Source: Carpediemonas membranifera BICM
Lineage: Eukaryota > Protista > Fornicata
DNA: 47,863 bases
Assembly (NCBI GenBank): GCA_019828565.1
Contig: JAHDYR010000055.1
Span: 1-47,863, forward strand
Reading direction: 5' to 3'
Made by a program: the position numbers and the translations under genes. Shown one piece after another: positions 30,177 through 41,431 of the stretch (position 1 is its first letter; each line of letters opens with the position of its first letter). The notes beneath the pieces are model-generated. The model was not told where the DNA came from. It did no database searches and was given only the letters and a program-made list of their open reading frames with translations.

Positions 30177-33100
30177 ATGGTATCCAGAGGAAAGTTGCTC
30201 GATTCGCCGCCGCAAGGCGACGAATCCTGCCATACATCCGATGACGGACCAGGTGACACGAATTACCTGAAACTAGCGCTGTTCGCTGCGCTCCTGCGCG
30301 TAATGGAAGAAATTCGTCAGCACTGCCCGAAAGGCTCGTGGCCGAAGAACGCTGAGGCCTTCATCGAGGTTTGTATGAACAAAGATCGTTTATTGCGCCT
30401 TGTGACGGACAACAAACGCTTCTTCACGATCAACAACCTTTCTTTGATCACGGACTACGTTCATGCGGCCACAAACCGCTTCGGGCCAGGCCATAAGCCG
30501 AAGGCATCCCGCCGTGATGACCACATCGCCAATGCCACTTCACTTCTCCACGCCGCAGCCACCAACCAGGTGTTCACTGCTACCATCTCGATTGATCGTG
30601 CCAACGAGGCCCTCGAGCGCGTGATACGGGGCAGAAGGACCGATGAGCAGCTCATGAGGGAGCACCCTCGTCCGCTCCGCCCGTCCGAGATCGCCGCTCG
30701 CCGCGCCAAGACCGGGCGTCAGTCATACGCCCAACTGATCAGCCGTGTCGAGGAGGCCCGCCCGGCAAGCCCTGCGCGAGACCGCACTGCCTTCCTCGAG
30801 GCAGAAGCATACGCGTGTCGCGTAGCTGCTGGCCGCGCAGACCGTCAACAGCAGGGTGATAGGCCCCCGAGCCCCACCCCCTGCCCAGGCTGCCCCCACC
30901 GACTCCGCTGCCGCCCTAACTGGGCCGCAGCCCGCAGCCGCCCCGCAGGGTGACAGGCCCACGCGCCAGATCCCCGCCGATGCTGCCCCCACCGACTCCG
31001 CTGCCGCCCTAACTGGGCCGCAGCCCGCAGCCGCCCCGCAGGGTGACAGGCCCACGCGCCAGACCCCTGCCGATGCTGCCCCCACCGACTCCGCTGTCGC
31101 CCTAACTGGGCCGCAGCCCGCAGCCGCCCCGCAGGGTGACAGGCCCCCGAGCCCCACCCCCGCCCAGGTTGCCCCCACCCAGCCAGAGGAGAGGAACATC
31201 GACGACACCGCAGTGTCCGAGTTCCTCTCCCTGGCGGGCGTCGAAGGCGGGGAAGGGGAGAGAGCTGAGCCAGAGACCGAGCACGAAGCCCGTGGTGACT
31301 CAGCCAACTCCCCCCTTCGCCCGCCGCCGCAGGTTGACCCCGCCCACCGGCTCACAGGGTGGCTCGACGGCACGACCATCGACGCTGTTCGCCGCAGCTT
31401 TGACGCACATGTACCGCGGGAAGACAGAGACATGTGGTCGACCAACGACCAGGTCGTCGCGACGCTGACGTCTGTCGACGCCGTCCGCTGGCTCTCCCGG
31501 GGGCAAAATGGCCAGAACCGCATGTCCAGAGCACGCTGGACGACTCTTCTCGAGCAGGTCTTTGCGGCTCACCCGAGGAACCGGCCTTCGTATGCGTTCC
31601 CGCAAGGCCTGAAGTCGTTCGCACCCAGGTTCGTGGCGTTCATGAGGGAAGGGTTGGGTATGCCAGTCGACCCCGCTCTCCCAGCTGTCCCGCAGCCAAG
31701 GACGGCCCAGCCAGCCAGAAGAAGGCTCACTGCTCCCCGCCCGCAGCCGGAGACCATCCTTCCAGAGCTCCCAGAGGACCTCAAGTTCCTCCCCTCCCCC
31801 GACGGAGGCCGGCAGGATTGGGAAGTCGAAGCCCTCAAGGAAGGGTGCGGTCTCATTCGTGAAGGGTCTCATCAACCTGTTGGAGGCCCTGAACGAGGTG
31901 CCTGCCCAGCAGAAACGGCGTGGCCTTATTGCCATCATGACCCATGGTCAGACGGTGTACAAGCCCGCCAAGAAGCAGGTGACACTGCGGACCCGGACCA
32001 AGGAGCGCTCGGCCTTCACCAAGGCCTCGGCCGGCTACTACTCCAGTGGCCTGAAGATCCTCCCTGTCTGAGGACATGGACCTCAGCCCGACCGAGGTTG
32101 ACGAGAAGCTGGTGGAGCTGCAGGCCGAGCCAATGGCAGACCCACGTCTCTTCCACCCACAGCAACGGGCGGGTGCGCTGGAGTCATATGAGGTCACCCC
32201 GGAGTCTGTGACATGGGCCCTGGACAGGCTCAAAGCAGACTCGGCACCGGGACCCTCGGGCCTGAGTTTCCTTCACTTGAAGCTGGCCTACCGCCTACGC
32301 AAACACAAGTTTGTTGCTGCTGTCACGCCTCTGATCAACGACATCATCAACGGGGAGCCCTACACTGAGATCCTGTCGCACTCGAGGCTCGTTGCCCTGC
32401 CTAAGGGAGACTCCAAGGTCCGGCCCATTGCAATGGGCGAGAGCCTGAGACGCCTCGCAGGTAAGGTCCTAGCCCACGATGTCGGGCTGAGGATTATTGG
32501 CGATGGTGTGTGCGAGGGGCAGTTCGGACTGGGCGAGAGCTGCGGCCTGGACTGCATGGGTGACATTCTGAAGACAGCGTACGCCGGCGGTGCGCAGCTG
32601 TGCGCCGTTGACATGTCCAATGCGTACGGAACCGTCAGTCGGCAGCATCTGTCTGAGGTCGCACAGGCGTGGGCCCCGGTCTTGCTACCGTACCTGCACA
32701 CGATGTATGCCGGGGGCAAGATGATCACACCAACAGGCCTTGTCATCCCGTCCCGGGAGGGCATCCAGCAAGGGGACCCCATATCTCCGCTGCTGTTCAC
32801 CCTGGCGATGAAGCCGGTCCTGGACCAGATCAGAGGTGAGTTCCAGGAGTGCAGGATGGTCTCCTATCAGGACGATGCGTACTTGATCGCGCCAGCGTCC
32901 ATGCCGGCCTCACGAGTTGATCGCTTCTACGACCGGATGGCTGAGGTTTGTGGCCGCATCGGCATGCGCGTGAACACGGCTAAGTGTATGGTGATCAGCG
33001 CTGCTGGCTCCCCGGGTGCCATTCAGCGGGTAGTCAACGGTAGAGCCGTTGGAATCCCTGTTGGTGACGCTCATGGTGAGGCAAGAGCTGTCGATGATGT

Positions 33101-33982
33101 CTTCTCGGAGATGGAGATGGCGACTGCTCGCGTCGTGGAAATGGTGGAGACTGTAGGGCCTTCTGCGGCCAGCGTTGCGCTGAATATGATTCGTTCATGC
33201 ATTCTTGCGATGCCATCCGCAATCTACAGAGCTGTGTCGCCGATTAGGCACGAAAGCAGGACATCCCGCTTCGAGCAGATGCTTAGCCGCAGCGTAGAGC
33301 ACATTCTGCAACTAAGAGATGGTCTGGAAGACAAAACTCGTAGAATGGCTCTCGATTATGGAGATTACGGGCTCCGCATGCCAATCCCATCACTCGTCTG
33401 GAAATGCGCATTTTTGGGCACGGAACACCAGCTGCACCAGCTGCTTCCGGACCGGTATGTGCACCTAGACGAGGCCCTGTTTACCGTTGAAGGCGCCGAA
33501 GAGTGGCCTAGGACCAAGGACGAACTCTATGAGATGGAGGCCAAAAAGCCTCAGAAACAACTCACAAAGTACCATAGAGACGCCTGGACAGTCCAGCACC
33601 GCCCATCAACGCCGTCTGACTTCAACTTGGACCGCAATGCGGCCACTCAGGCCCTGAACGACTCCTCCCAGCGCGCTGCCCCGGCGGCTGGAATTCTCCG
33701 GCAAGAGGCCGCACTCACTCCAATTGAGCTAGAATCGAAGCCTGTTGGCTCAATATTTGTCCCAATTGCCAGGGCACACCTGGATGTCGCCCCGTTCGAA
33801 GAGTGGCCCGAGACTTGCCCCCTGTGTCAGGCCCAGCGCTGCACCTGGCAGCATGCCCTCTCGTGCCCACACACCAAGGGAACCGCCCACACCGAGCGTC
33901 ACAACCATGTTAGAGACGCTGTGAGCGCCGTGTTGACCGACGACGACGTTAGAGGTCGACCCATGGCCCGTTGCCAGGCCGA
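30177..33982 (+). pseudogene. Family B unit 2 polyprotein (frameshifted; interrupted, resumes at 40817-41233)
   Basis: ORF pieces 30117-30953, 30856-32211, 31859-32071, 32076-; RT motifs RPIAMGESLRR, GIQQGDPISP, YQDD. Confidence 0.9.
30852..31180 (+). repeat. 93-bp coding tandem repeat, ~3.5 copies
   Basis: Unit starts 30852, 30946, 31039, 31132; encodes QGDRP....PA.AAPTDSA.ALTGPQPAAAP. Confidence 0.95.
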
Positions 33983-34632
33983 AGAAAGAAATTTATGGTG
34001 CTTGGATTCTGACCCCGGACTGAGCTTGTTTCCCGTTGTCTTGGAGCTGAGTGCCCCGGGGTACTGCCTATTTCCCGTGGCAAACTGGTCAGCAGCGTTT
34101 GCCTTGGGCTTTCGGTGCTACTGTCTCCGCGGAAAGCCGATTCCAATCGCCCCAGAGGCCCTGCGGCCATCTCCGTGCAAATATGCTTTCCTGTCTCCCT
34201 GAAAGTCCGGCAACTATCCGGGGAGCCTGGGGGTCTGTCCTCGGGGCATTGACAGGCAGGATCGTCCTGCAGAACCTTGACTATGACACTCCTTGCTTCC
34301 CTGCAGTCCTTGTAGAGCCGTTCAGCCACGGCACCCTCTCGTCTGTCCGGTTCCCCAATTCCATGCCCCCTCGACTCTGTTAAGAAGCCTACCCGAAGGC
34401 GGGGAAAGTGACTAAGTCCATGCTGTCTACCCCGGTTAGGTGGCGTGGGTCAGCGGCAGCCCCAGGCACTAGGCCTGGTTGTCCTGTTACCCCTTACAAC
34501 ATTTCGCTTGCACTACATGTCCTTGGTTTCCCATGTCGTTAACAAGGGCGGCAGGGGCACCTGTGCCCCTCCGACCCCCGTGGCCAGTCCCTGCAGTTTC
34601 CTTGGGGTCCCAACGAGTGGTGCAACCATATG

Positions 34633-34950
34633 AATATGGATTTCCTTGACCTTATCCTTGCTCTGTCCTTGTTGCATGTCCTTTCTTTCTTATTTCTGGT
34701 CTGTCCTTCCTGTTAATTCCTTGCAGTCGTTCCTTCCCTTGCTTTTGGTTCCTGGCTACCGGGATACGTGGGGCCTTTCCTCACTGATCCCAGGAGCTTA
34801 GCACCAGCGAGGGTGGTCCATGGCTGATTCCTTGTCCATCCCTTCCCGGTCCTGGAGTCAGGGGTTCATGACATGCTTCTATTCCACCTTGAAGCTGTTG
34901 TAAACCTTTGCCAGTTCCCGTAGTCCTGCCGTGAGGCCTTCCCAAATGTC
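34633..34950. repeat. ~318-bp internal direct duplication of 35709-36026
   Basis: AATATGGATTTCC...CCCAAATGTC in both, differing by small indels. Confidence 0.92.
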
Positions 34951-35954
34951 CTCCGAGCCCCATATTATTAGTTGCTGTAATTCTAGGATGGGTCTTTCCT
35001 GGTACCATTCGCCCTGGGGGCCCTGCCTTACTTCCAAGTCCTTAGTTTTGTGCTTCGCTGCTGTCCACAGCTTTGTCCAAGCTTCTCCCCTGTCTACTGC
35101 CGGGCATTCACAGATTATGTGCGCTGCCGATCCTAGCCTCTGGCCCTCTGCCCACTCCCCTGATCATTTCCTGCTTCCTTGCTGGTCCTGGCTTTTCCCT
35201 AATGATCCTGTAGAACAGGCTCACCTCCGACTCCTCCGAGCATAGGGGGCATAGTCTGCTAATTTCTCTCTTCAGGTCAGCGCCTTGGGCCAGCTCTGTG
35301 ATGGCTCTCATAGGGCCCTCCCCTCTCTCTGCCGACGATGGGGATGGGCTGACATTGGCTGCAATGGATACAATTCTCTTCCATTCCGCCCTGCTTTGCC
35401 CCTTCCCAGCCTTTCGGTCTACCGTAGGCTTACCTTGCAGACACTTGCTTAATTTCCTTGTCCCCATGATTTCCATTAGTCCTAGTGCCGTACGGCTTTT
35501 GCACCGCTTCATCCACCCCCCTCCTGATCGTTTCCATGCCATAATCCAGTAGCGCTGGTTTAGGGGCTCCCTCTCTGGTGCCCTCCAGTAGATGCTGCAC
35601 TCTCTCCCTAGCTTCCCACATAACCGTGCCCCGCCCCCATTCTCTGTTTCTGACTGGTATATCCTGGTCCCTGTAGTTGACTATCCTTTTGACTGCCAGC
35701 CATTCCATAATATGGATTTCCTTGACCTTATCCTTGCTCTGTCCTTGTTGCATGTCCTTTCTTTCTTATTTCTGGTCTGTCCTTCCTGTTAATTCCTTGC
35801 AGTCGTTCCTTCCCTTGCTTTGGTTCCTGGCTACCGGGATACGTGGGGCCTTTCCTCACTGATCCCAGGAGCTTAGCACCCAGCGAGGGTGGTCCATGGC
35901 TGATTCCTTGTCCATCCCTTCCCGGTCCTGGAGTCAGGGGTTCATGACATGCTT

Positions 35955-37074
35955 CTATTCCACCTTGAAGCTGTTGTAAACCTTTGCCAGTTCCCGTAGT
36001 CCTGCCGTGAGGCCTTCCCAAATGTCTATTTCTGTCCATGGGGTTCGCTGGAGTTCGCTCCACACTCCGTTCCCGAACACTTTGTCCCTTGCCTTTGCTC
36101 CCCTGTTGTTCACTGGGTCGCCCATGCATGCTCTTATAGTCTCTTCCCATTGGTCCGAGCTCTTGATCCTGTTCAGCTTTGAGACTGTGACTGGCCCCTC
36201 CTTCTTTTTCATGGGCCAGGTGTGCACCTCGGGTATGGCCAGAGCCACGTCTCGCTCACTTCTGCCATAGTACCGTTGTTCCTTCCATGCTAGTGTGATT
36301 CCATTGTGTGCTGAGCCCCATACCCCGACCTTCTGAGACTCTACCACCTCAATCTCCGCCCCCTGGATTCCTGGTGTTGTCACTGCAAAGTCCGGGGTTG
36401 ATGTTCCTGATGTGAGCGTCCCAGACTTGGGTATGATGGCTTTGAGCCTGTGCTTCTCCATCATATCCTTCCACCGGGTGGATCTTTCCATCTGGCCTGG
36501 GTCGATGTTCCAGTCTCCCATAATTATGGCCTCCATGCTCCCTTTCATGTCCATGATCTTCTGTATAGTGTCCCTGAATCCATCCTTCTCCTGCTTGCTG
36601 TGGCCGGATGGAGGGCCATACACGTTGATGACTAGTATGTCCCTGCCGGTTCTCATTATGCTGGCTTGCACTCTTCCCGATAGGCTGTCCGTTATGCCGA
36701 TGTCCCACTTTGCAGTTGCGTGTGGGCTCACTCTCGTGCCGATGCCTTCCCTTGTTCCCTTCCATCTTGGCGCAGGTTCGTCATTGCCTGCTATGCCTAG
36801 TTGTCGGTTGATGCGGTGCTGACTTTTGACATCCGCCTTTCGTTTTTCGTTGGCTAAGACCAGGTCCTCTTCCGTCTCCCTCCCTGCTAGTGCGTAGTCA
36901 AGGTCCATGAAGCAATGAACCCTCGTATTCGCCGTTCTCCATGTCTCTTGTATGAGTACTGCCTCTATGTCCTTCAACCTTAGCTGAATCGCCGTTGCCA
37001 TAGACGCCGTGAAGTCCTTTTCCTCTTCCTATGTGTCCCTCTGTGTTCAGACTAAGTATCTTGTAGGTTACCAT
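35955..37074 (-). CDS. APE-like (EEP family) endonuclease, ORF2 N-terminus; frameshift near 37030
   Basis: MVTYKILSLNTEG (ATG at 37074, different frame), LIQETW, INVYGP, IMGDWN, TPDF, SAH. Confidence 0.85.
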
Positions 37075-37406
37075 TGCCTTTGTCCTGTTTCCTTATCCTG
37101 CGAATTCCCAGAATTTGGGAGCCCCAGCTTCCCGCTCCTCTCCTGCTATCCTTGTCCTAACAAGGGGCCTAGATGCCGGTCTCGGTGACCCTTGTCAGGC
37201 CAACCTTGTTACCACCTGGTGACCTTCCATTCTTCGGGCAGGGGTACTTAGGAGGGGGACGATATGACGTGACCCCCCTTTGGCTGCCGCTACAGCCTAC
37301 CGGCAGTGCATTTCAGCTAATGCCGGGCCCTGGGTGGGAGCCAGGGCTTGTGAATTATAAAGAAAATGTTGCTTGTTCCTTGAAAGAATACTGCTTTACC
37401 ATGTCC

Positions 37407-38357
37407 TTACTCCTCCTCCGTGGACTCCCCACTGCCGCTGCAGCTGTCCTCGGCCTGACTCACTTGCTGTCCTTGTAGACTCTGCATTACCGTGATGAAC
37501 TGGGTCATCAGGTCCATGGGTGAGATCTGCTTGGCCTTCTTAGCCTTCTTGTGCTTGTGCCGGGGGATCGTGGGCTTCTCCTTGCTGGGCTTAGTCGCGA
37601 CGCCGGAGAGCACCAACCTTCCGTGGCCTTGCTCTTGCATGAGTCGGGCAGCCTTGAGCGCTGAGATCTCTTGTTGCGCCTCTGCCAACTGCTTTCGGAG
37701 CCGCAGCTTCTCCGAGTCCATGCCGGTTGCCTGTCTGCTTCCAGACTCCCAGTCCGTGTCCTCTTCGTGCCTGCTTCTCTTTCCGCTGTCCGAGTCCATG
37801 ATCCTACTCGTGCTGCCCTCCTTGCGCTTGAGCGTCGTGGAGGAAGAGTGATCCTTGCTGTTGTCCATGCCTCCCTCTGAGCCTCTACCGGCCCAGGTGT
37901 TCCCGCTGAACGAGCCTCTCATCTGCGTTCCCGTGTTGTCCTGTCTCTCCCTGTCGTCTCCTCCGTGGTTACGATCCGAGGTCCTGTTCATGTTACCAGC
38001 TCTGTCGCCGGTTCTGTCGTCAGCTCTGACACCAGCTCTACCGCCGGCTCCGTGTCCTACCCTTCTGTCCTCTTCCCTGTCTCCATGCTGGTCGTGATGT
38101 CCTTGATCCGCGTCCTGGCCGAAGTGCCTGCCCACCATCCTGATGCTAATCCGCCTCGCCTTTTCCTCCAGGCCGTTGTCGAAGAACCTACTTTGGTATG
38201 GCTGTTCGGACTTTCCGTCGATGGTGGGGACATACGTGATGCCTGGGACATTGACTGTGTTGGCTCTGGGCTCGTCCGGGATAGCTGCCGAGACTAGTCT
38301 GGCCCCTTCCTTGCGCATGCGGCTTAGGATGGTCCCAGCCTCGCTGACCCTGACCAT
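37407..38357 (-). CDS. Probable C-terminal part of ORF1 (low complexity + coiled coil), with 38399-38668 as the middle piece
   Basis: Same strand and composition, contiguous with 38569-40794 through apparent frameshifts. Confidence 0.55.
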   Translation of the reverse strand: MVRVSEAGTILSRMRKEGARLVSAAIPDEPRANTVNVPGITYVPTIDGKSEQPYQSRFFDNGLEEKARRISIRMVGRHFGQDADQGHHDQHGDREEDRRVGHGAGGRAGVRADDRTGDRAGNMNRTSDRNHGGDDRERQDNTGTQMRGSFSGNTWAGRGSEGGMDNSKDHSSSTTLKRKEGSTSRIMDSDSGKRSRHEEDTDWESGSRQATGMDSEKLRLRKQLAEAQQEISALKAARLMQEQGHGRLVLSGVATKPSKEKPTIPRHKHKKAKKAKQISPMDLMTQFITVMQSLQGQQVSQAEDSCSGSGESTEEE

Positions 38358-38568
38358 GCCCCCAGTCTCTCGGGATGAAGCTCGCCCCTAGGGTGATCCT
38401 ACCCCTGTTCCTGGGGGGCCTTGACGTTGACTATGACCTTCTCATAGTCCCTGAGGCTCTCTGCTAGGTCGTCGCAGCCCCAGACTCCTTGATGAGCCGT
38501 AGCCTCCTTCGAGGGCCACCACTCGTATAGCATGGCCATGGTTATGATGTCCTCCTCCCTTGCTGCCC

Positions 38569-40794
38569 CTAGGCCCTTCCTGACGCGTACCATGCGGAGC
38601 TGGTTAGCCGTGGCTCTTTCCATGATGGTCCATAGCGGGCTTCTCTCCAGTACACCTTCGTTGTCCATGATTGTGAGGGGGCCAGTAAGATGCCCTTCAT
38701 GCCCAACAGAACCTCCCCGAACCCGAAGCCGATGCCGAAGCGGTGTCCGTTGTCCGGGACTACGAGGATCCTGTCGCCGACTTCCCTGCTGACGTCCCTT
38801 GCGTCCCCGATCGGGTACGTGCCGAAGATCTCAAAGGTGTCCCTCCTTGTCGCGAATTCCGGGCTTCCCATGATATCCATGCCCGGCTCCGCCTTCCCGA
38901 CTGCTTCCATGGTCTTGTCGAGTGCCTTACCCATGTAGTGGTAGACGTCTGGGGTGCTCATCCTCTCCTTGCATAGGGCCCTGATCCTGGCTGTGAAGAC
39001 TACTGTATCCGCCAACCCACAGTGGTAGCAACCCGCGGTGTGTCTGTGGTACGGACAGACTCCCTTGGGCTCGCTCCTGTTCTGCCATCCATTTGACCAT
39101 GTTGTTACTGCTTCCAGGTAGTTGGCCTTGTCGAGGTTGTCCCTGAGGTTTTGGCCAGCCTCCTCCTTGCCGTTGTTCTCCAGGATCTCTGGTAGCTTCT
39201 TCTCGTCCACCAGCCTAGCTTGGAAGAATTCCCTGGTTCCTTGCTCCAGTCCATTTGTGGGGTTCGTGAGGAGGAAGCTTTCCATCTCCACCCCCTTTGC
39301 ATACATGATTATCTTCCAACCCTCCGACCTTTCGATCCTTGCCAGCTGAGCCGCCAGGCGGTTGGCCCAGTCCCTGAAAGTATGTATGTGCTTCTCATAC
39401 TCGATCGGCGGCCGCCCCGTCCCGACCTCCACGAAGGTGGCCGGCGGCAGCCCCGTCACTGCCCATGCCGTGTACCTCGCTTGGTCCATGCTTGCTGCCG
39501 GTATGTCCTGGTAATACAGGCCATGCCCGTGTCCAAGAATGTCCCCAGTGCTGAGGTCAAAGAGTACGATCCCGCCCTCAACCGGGATGGCAGGGATCCC
39601 TGCCTTCTTGACGCCAGGGTCTGCGCACTCGAAGTCGATGGCTCCGATCACCAGTCGTTTCTCCTTGTCCTTTCTAGGCATCCTCGGCGGCTGGCTGCTG
39701 ACCTTGTTTGAGTCGACCTCCTCGTCCTGGTCGATCTTGCCTTGGTTGGCCCCGACCATGTCCTTGTTCACTTCCAGGAGGCTGTCGTCGAGGCTTCTTC
39801 TGCCGGGCATGGTGGCCTGCTGGCGTCGTTCCTCCTTGTCCTTGACATGTTGCTCCTCGTCTCCGTCGATGACCGTGCTAGCGGACGACCTGTCCAGATC
39901 GGCATGTTCGTCCCTATTGCTGCGGACCGAGGTGGCCTTGAGCACTTCCAGCCTCACCTTCCTCACCTTCCGGAACGGCGGCTCGTTGCTAAGGGGGGTC
40001 TCCTCCCCTTCGCCCAGGATATTGGTTCTGCCCTTCAGGTAGATCCCTGACTTGTTCCATGCTGCCTGCCATATGGCCGGGGCCTCCGGTGCCTGAAGCC
40101 TGAGGATGTCCCTAGCCTCCTCCATGAAGCGGCTGATGGACCATGCTGACGTGTCGCTTAGCTCTAGGATGACCCTGTACTTGCCGTCCTCTTGCTCGTA
40201 GGCCACTCTGGTGACCGGGCCTTGGTTTGCCGGATCCCATACCTTGTCGTAAGGCACGCCTTCTACGGCCTCGTCTCCATGAGCCCCTGATACCAGTATG
40301 AACGACCCTTCGGCCTTCTTGACGCTGTCCCTGTCTACATCCCATTCGATGGGCCCATCTTCCTTCGGCTTGAGGATCGCCGTCTCGATGTCCTTCTCAG
40401 ATGGCCATCTTGCCATGCCAGTGAAGCCCGCTTTCAGCGTCTTGGGCTCCAGTGCCTGTGCCATGTCCTTTGCTTCCTCGTCTCTGGGGTTGAGCGCCTC
40501 TGTGAGCATGTAGAAAAGGTCGCGGAGGCCGTGGATGCCGCATGGGTTCCTGAGGATGATGTCCTTGTTGTCAGTGACGCCGGTTGCGAAGAGGATGCGT
40601 CTGGCGTTCATGATTACTTCCTTGCGTCCTTTGGAGTTCGCATTGAGCGACTTTCCTGTAAACTTGCCTGTTCTACGAAGAAGTAGAGTCCTTGAATCGT
40701 TCCTTTCAGCGAGGAAGCTGTCCAGTAGTTCCCTGATGTCCTCCCACTGCTTCTGCGTGGAATCCCTGATCCTTGTCGGTATTTCTACCTGCAT
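38569..40794 (-). CDS. ORF1 with DEDDh/ECHC exonuclease domain (Maelstrom / arenavirus-NP-like) at ~38960-39660
   Basis: AIDFE, PVEGG, VTGLP, YAKGVEME, CPYH, YHCGLAD. Confidence 0.7.
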   Translation of the reverse strand: MQVEIPTRIRDSTQKQWEDIRELLDSFLAERNDSRTLLLRRTGKFTGKSLNANSKGRKEVIMNARRILFATGVTDNKDIILRNPCGIHGLRDLFYMLTEALNPRDEEAKDMAQALEPKTLKAGFTGMARWPSEKDIETAILKPKEDGPIEWDVDRDSVKKAEGSFILVSGAHGDEAVEGVPYDKVWDPANQGPVTRVAYEQEDGKYRVILELSDTSAWSISRFMEEARDILRLQAPEAPAIWQAAWNKSGIYLKGRTNILGEGEETPLSNEPPFRKVRKVRLEVLKATSVRSNRDEHADLDRSSASTVIDGDEEQHVKDKEERRQQATMPGRRSLDDSLLEVNKDMVGANQGKIDQDEEVDSNKVSSQPPRMPRKDKEKRLVIGAIDFECADPGVKKAGIPAIPVEGGIVLFDLSTGDILGHGHGLYYQDIPAASMDQARYTAWAVTGLPPATFVEVGTGRPPIEYEKHIHTFRDWANRLAAQLARIERSEGWKIIMYAKGVEMESFLLTNPTNGLEQGTREFFQARLVDEKKLPEILENNGKEEAGQNLRDNLDKANYLEAVTTWSNGWQNRSEPKGVCPYHRHTAGCYHCGLADTVVFTARIRALCKERMSTPDVYHYMGKALDKTMEAVGKAEPGMDIMGSPEFATRRDTFEIFGTYPIGDARDVSREVGDRILVVPDNGHRFGIGFGFGEVLLGMKGILLAPSQSWTTKVYWREARYGPSWKEPRLTSSAWYASGRA

Positions 40795-41431
40795 TGTTGG
40801 CCCGTTGCCAGGCCGAGGTCGCGCTCACCTCTCGTCACCCCCGCTACCAGCAGGCCGATACCGAAGCGCCCAGACGCAAGGTGGCCGACCTCATGGTGGC
40901 AGGCGAGAGAGACGTGGTCGGGAACCGTGTCCACGAGGAAGTCTATGTCGACTTCGTGGTCAGCCTGCACCCGCGGGAGGCTGAGCTAGAGAAGCTCCGC
41001 GAGTACCGCAACTGGCAGGTCACCTTCGTGCCTGCTGCCTGCACGGTTCTGGGCGAGACTGAGTCCCGTCTGACCGAGTGCTGGGTCGCCCGTTCTGTGC
41101 CGCGATTCGCAGGCCGGCCCTCGTGGGCGCCATCCGTGACCGGGTATTCTGGTCCATCTGGGCGGACAACCAGACCGTCTGGTCGGACTATGTCTCCCAG
41201 TGCAAGGCCCGTTGGGCCGAGCACCACCAATAATCTGCCCTCCCCACAAAATGCCGGAGTCGCGACTCGGCTGACTCGGCCACTCTAGGCTGCGTCGTCC
41301 CCGAGCCCCCCTGCGCCTCCCGCCCCATCGCCGCATCGCATAACGCATCCCCTGCCCCTGCGCGAGAGTAGTTGCTCGAAATTCCGCGGAGTCGCGTGTC
41401 GTTCGGACAACCTGGGAAAGTAAATTCGGCC

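Larger units (their letters stand above)
33983..40797 (-). mobile_element. APE-endonuclease LINE-like insert (6815 bp), no recognisable RT, with exonuclease-bearing ORF1
   Basis: 19-bp TSD TGGCCCGTTGCCAGGCCGA at 33964-33982 and 40798-40816; ORF1 followed by APE ORF; purine-rich coding strand. Confidence 0.88.

Noticed and set aside
33983-34202. C-terminal extension of ORF 32076..34202
   Set aside because: Read-through into the antisense strand of the insert after the TSD; not part of the protein.
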